This document shows positions 61,619-64,000 of a stretch of 64,000 nucleotides of DNA, piece by piece; positions within the stretch are counted from its first letter, which is position 1; the number at the start of each line of letters is the position of its first letter. Origin of the DNA: Macrostomum lignano (lineage: Eukaryota); assembly GCA_002269645.1 (NCBI GenBank), contig NIVC01000528.1, positions 1 through 64,000 of the forward strand, read 5' to 3'. Both the position numbers and the translations under genes were made by a program. Under the pieces are notes generated by a model that was not told the DNA's origin, ran no database searches, and worked only from the letters and a program-made list of their open reading frames with translations.

Positions 61619-63582
61619 TTAGCAAAAAGGAATGACCAAATATTCACTTTCACTTTCAGGAAATAGAATGCACTTTGAACTGGCTGGACCTGATTTTTTT
61701 TCTTTTGACACACAATAGAAGCCTATTTTCAGAACTTCAGAGGAATATGGATATGAGTATAAAGAGCAATGAAATTTTAAAATGTGGCCAGACACAATCT
61801 CTTTTGTAACAGACTTAACAAGGACAGGAACACCACCAACTATTGCACAATTGTTTGGCATAGATGTCGAAAAATACAAGTTGGCTTCAGGATTTGAAAC
61901 TAGCATCGATCTTACATTGAGAAACTGGTTGAAGACATGTTGAAATGTAAAACGCGTAACAACAATTCTCCGTTTTACATGACCTAAGTAATTCTCAAAA
62001 TCAAAGGTTGAGAATTTACTTAGAGTATCATAACGAAGAACAAATTCATAAAAGTGCAGCAGAAAATGGAAATTATATGTTAGTGATGTTTGACCATATA
62101 ATTGTTCCATACTTTTGACAAATAATTCAATGCAACACTTGGCATGAACATAGAGTTCCTCAAGGCCTGATGAAAAAACATAAATAGAAAAATGTAGAAG
62201 CAAAAAATGACGATAGTGCTTTTCAGACAGGAATTTTTTTTAAAAAAATAGGGACCTAAATACAAAACAAATAAAGGAAATTCTGTTGCCTTAAAGTGTG
62301 CCAGTTCACTGTCAAGGCAACAAGGGCGACGTTGAAACTCTGCAGGAATAAACTTAGCAGTGCGCTCAATGAAATCTGACAACTTAACTAGACTGTCATG
62401 GGATATTTTGCACCAAGAGCCAAATGTAGAGGAAAAAAGATACTTAAAAATTTTGCGAGTGACACCTAAACAAACAGCATGCTGATAATCTGGTGGGAAT
62501 CCAGAATACAGTCCAATCATTGGCAGAATGTTAAGAATTGGAGTAGAAGAATCATGCTTTTGATTGTTCTCTTCTATACGACTATATCATTCATCTGTTC
62601 TAGATTCACCAACTTGGGCTGAAAAAATTACACAATGTTCTGCATAGCCACATGGAGCTCGACAATAATTGCAGCCAACTCTAGAGTTGTGACCAAAAAT
62701 ATTACAAATGAATGAGCGTGCAGGTGTATCACAAGCAAAAATTACTTTACTAAACCTAATATGATGACCAAGAATGTGAACACCATTTTCAATAAAGCTT
62801 TTAAGCTCAGAACAAAAATCAGTTAAAAGTAAATTTAATTCTGGCTTTTTCTTTCCAACAAACACTGCTATAGGAAGAGGACGAGCAAATGCTGAAATTT
62901 TAATTAGAATTGGCCAAGCAAAAAGCAAGGAGCTATTGTACAAAGGCATTCCATCAATATTAATTACAACATCTACCTGAAGCATGCCAGAAACAATGTC
63001 ATACACACATTTAGAAAAATCAAACAACTTATTCCTTAAACAGAACTCTAGATTTGCAGCAATTGACAAGTACGAAAATTGTCCAGTTTGCATTGTACCA
63101 ATAATGTTAGTAGACGGGCTTGCATTCTTGTTTAGCTTTTTGAGTAGATAAATAGAAGGTGGTACATTTAAACCATGCCTACATAGGATACAAAGAAGGT
63201 GTTGCATTGCACTTTGGGAAATGTTGAATAGAATAAAGAATAGAAACAGTTCTTCAGCCAAGCTCAATTTTTCAACTTCAGGACTATCCTCAGTAGCTTG
63301 GTCTAGGTCTTCAAAATCACTTTTGCTAGAACCATCTAGTAAGTCAGTCAATGATACTCTCTTTGACCTTGAATTACTAGAATCATAGTCAAGTTCTTCG
63401 CTTGTTTTAAGGCAGCTTTCCAAACAGGTTGAAGAAGTTGCCTCCACAGGATTTTGACTAGTAAATTCAGCTAGATCTTCAACATCTTCAAAGGTTGGTG
63501 CTTCAATAGAGTTTGATTGATTTTCAAAAATGCTACCAACCAATTCATTAGCTAAATTATGGTTAAAAGTTTGTCTTGACAT
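61619..63582 (-). pseudogene. CACTA/EnSpm-like DDE transposase, disrupted
   Basis: NIDGMPLYNSS..WPIL, G.KKP, CDTPARSF...GHNS..GCNYC, PDYQHAVCLGV.RK, IPAEFQR.P....FKATEF, YNFHFLLH, FDFENYLG. In-frame TGA at 62587-62589 and a frameshift in the T8/A7 run at 62234-62248. Confidence 0.85.
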
Positions 63583-64000
63583 CTAGAAATATTTAATAAA
63601 ATGCCTTTTAATAATGATATAAACAAGTTTTAAAATGGATAAAATGTAGTAATTTAGAATCTAATATACTAAAAATGGTCTGTCGGTATATGTGTGCATG
63701 ATCAATTTTAGCAAAAACGTTTAGAAGCTAAATAAGATACTTTTTGCAATCAAAACAGTATATGAGATGCTATTATACTACAAAACAAAAATGTTTTTTT
63801 CTAATTCTTTGATATACACTATTCATGTATTACTAGATTGCATGTTGCATATTGAATGTTGCATACACAAGAATTTTTCCCCAAAACAAAACCAAGTATA
63901 GGATACATAGCCATAGGCCTTATTTGTCAAGTTTGATTTGTTATTTCCATATACTAAAATTTTGTAACTGAAAATATACATCATCATATGCATACATGTA

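Larger units (their letters stand above)
58930..64000 (-). mobile_element. CACTA/EnSpm-like (CMC superfamily) DNA transposon, other end beyond the window
   Basis: CCCAGCAG... terminus at 58930 followed by clustered CCAACG/CGTTGG subterminal repeats (about 58948-59056); contains a transposase and an accessory gene in tandem. TSD cannot be checked. Confidence 0.65.

Overview
Repeat-rich animal genomic DNA with spliceosomal introns. Composition (GC-rich exons with polyQ, minisatellite-packed introns, TACATGTA-rich spacers) suggests a free-living flatworm such as Macrostomum, but this is inference only. Layout: (1) 1-10682, a very homogeneous 118-bp satellite, then a (GATA)n block. (2) 12349-37029 (+), a complete HCN/Ih channel gene. 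I rebuilt it exon by exon with consistent phases (2565 nt, 854 aa). It has one GC-AG intron and THREE tandem, paralogous 150-nt S5 exons that look mutually exclusive, which is the main finding; two of them replace a conserved gating Arg with Gly. Intron 1 holds an internally deleted hAT transposon (8-bp TSD) with a nested 60-bp micro-element, an inverted pair of tRNA-derived SINEs and many minisatellites. (3) A two-exon orphan gene (39844-40870 +) and an intronless DEG/ENaC channel gene (41422-43215 -). (4) 44-64 kb, a transposon graveyard: a 40-bp perfect palindrome with 8-bp TSD, a MITE derived from the hAT element, three decayed BEN/DUF4806-like accessory genes, and a CACTA/EnSpm-like transposase pseudogene whose element runs off the window. 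Family assignments come from motif recognition by eye; no searches were run.
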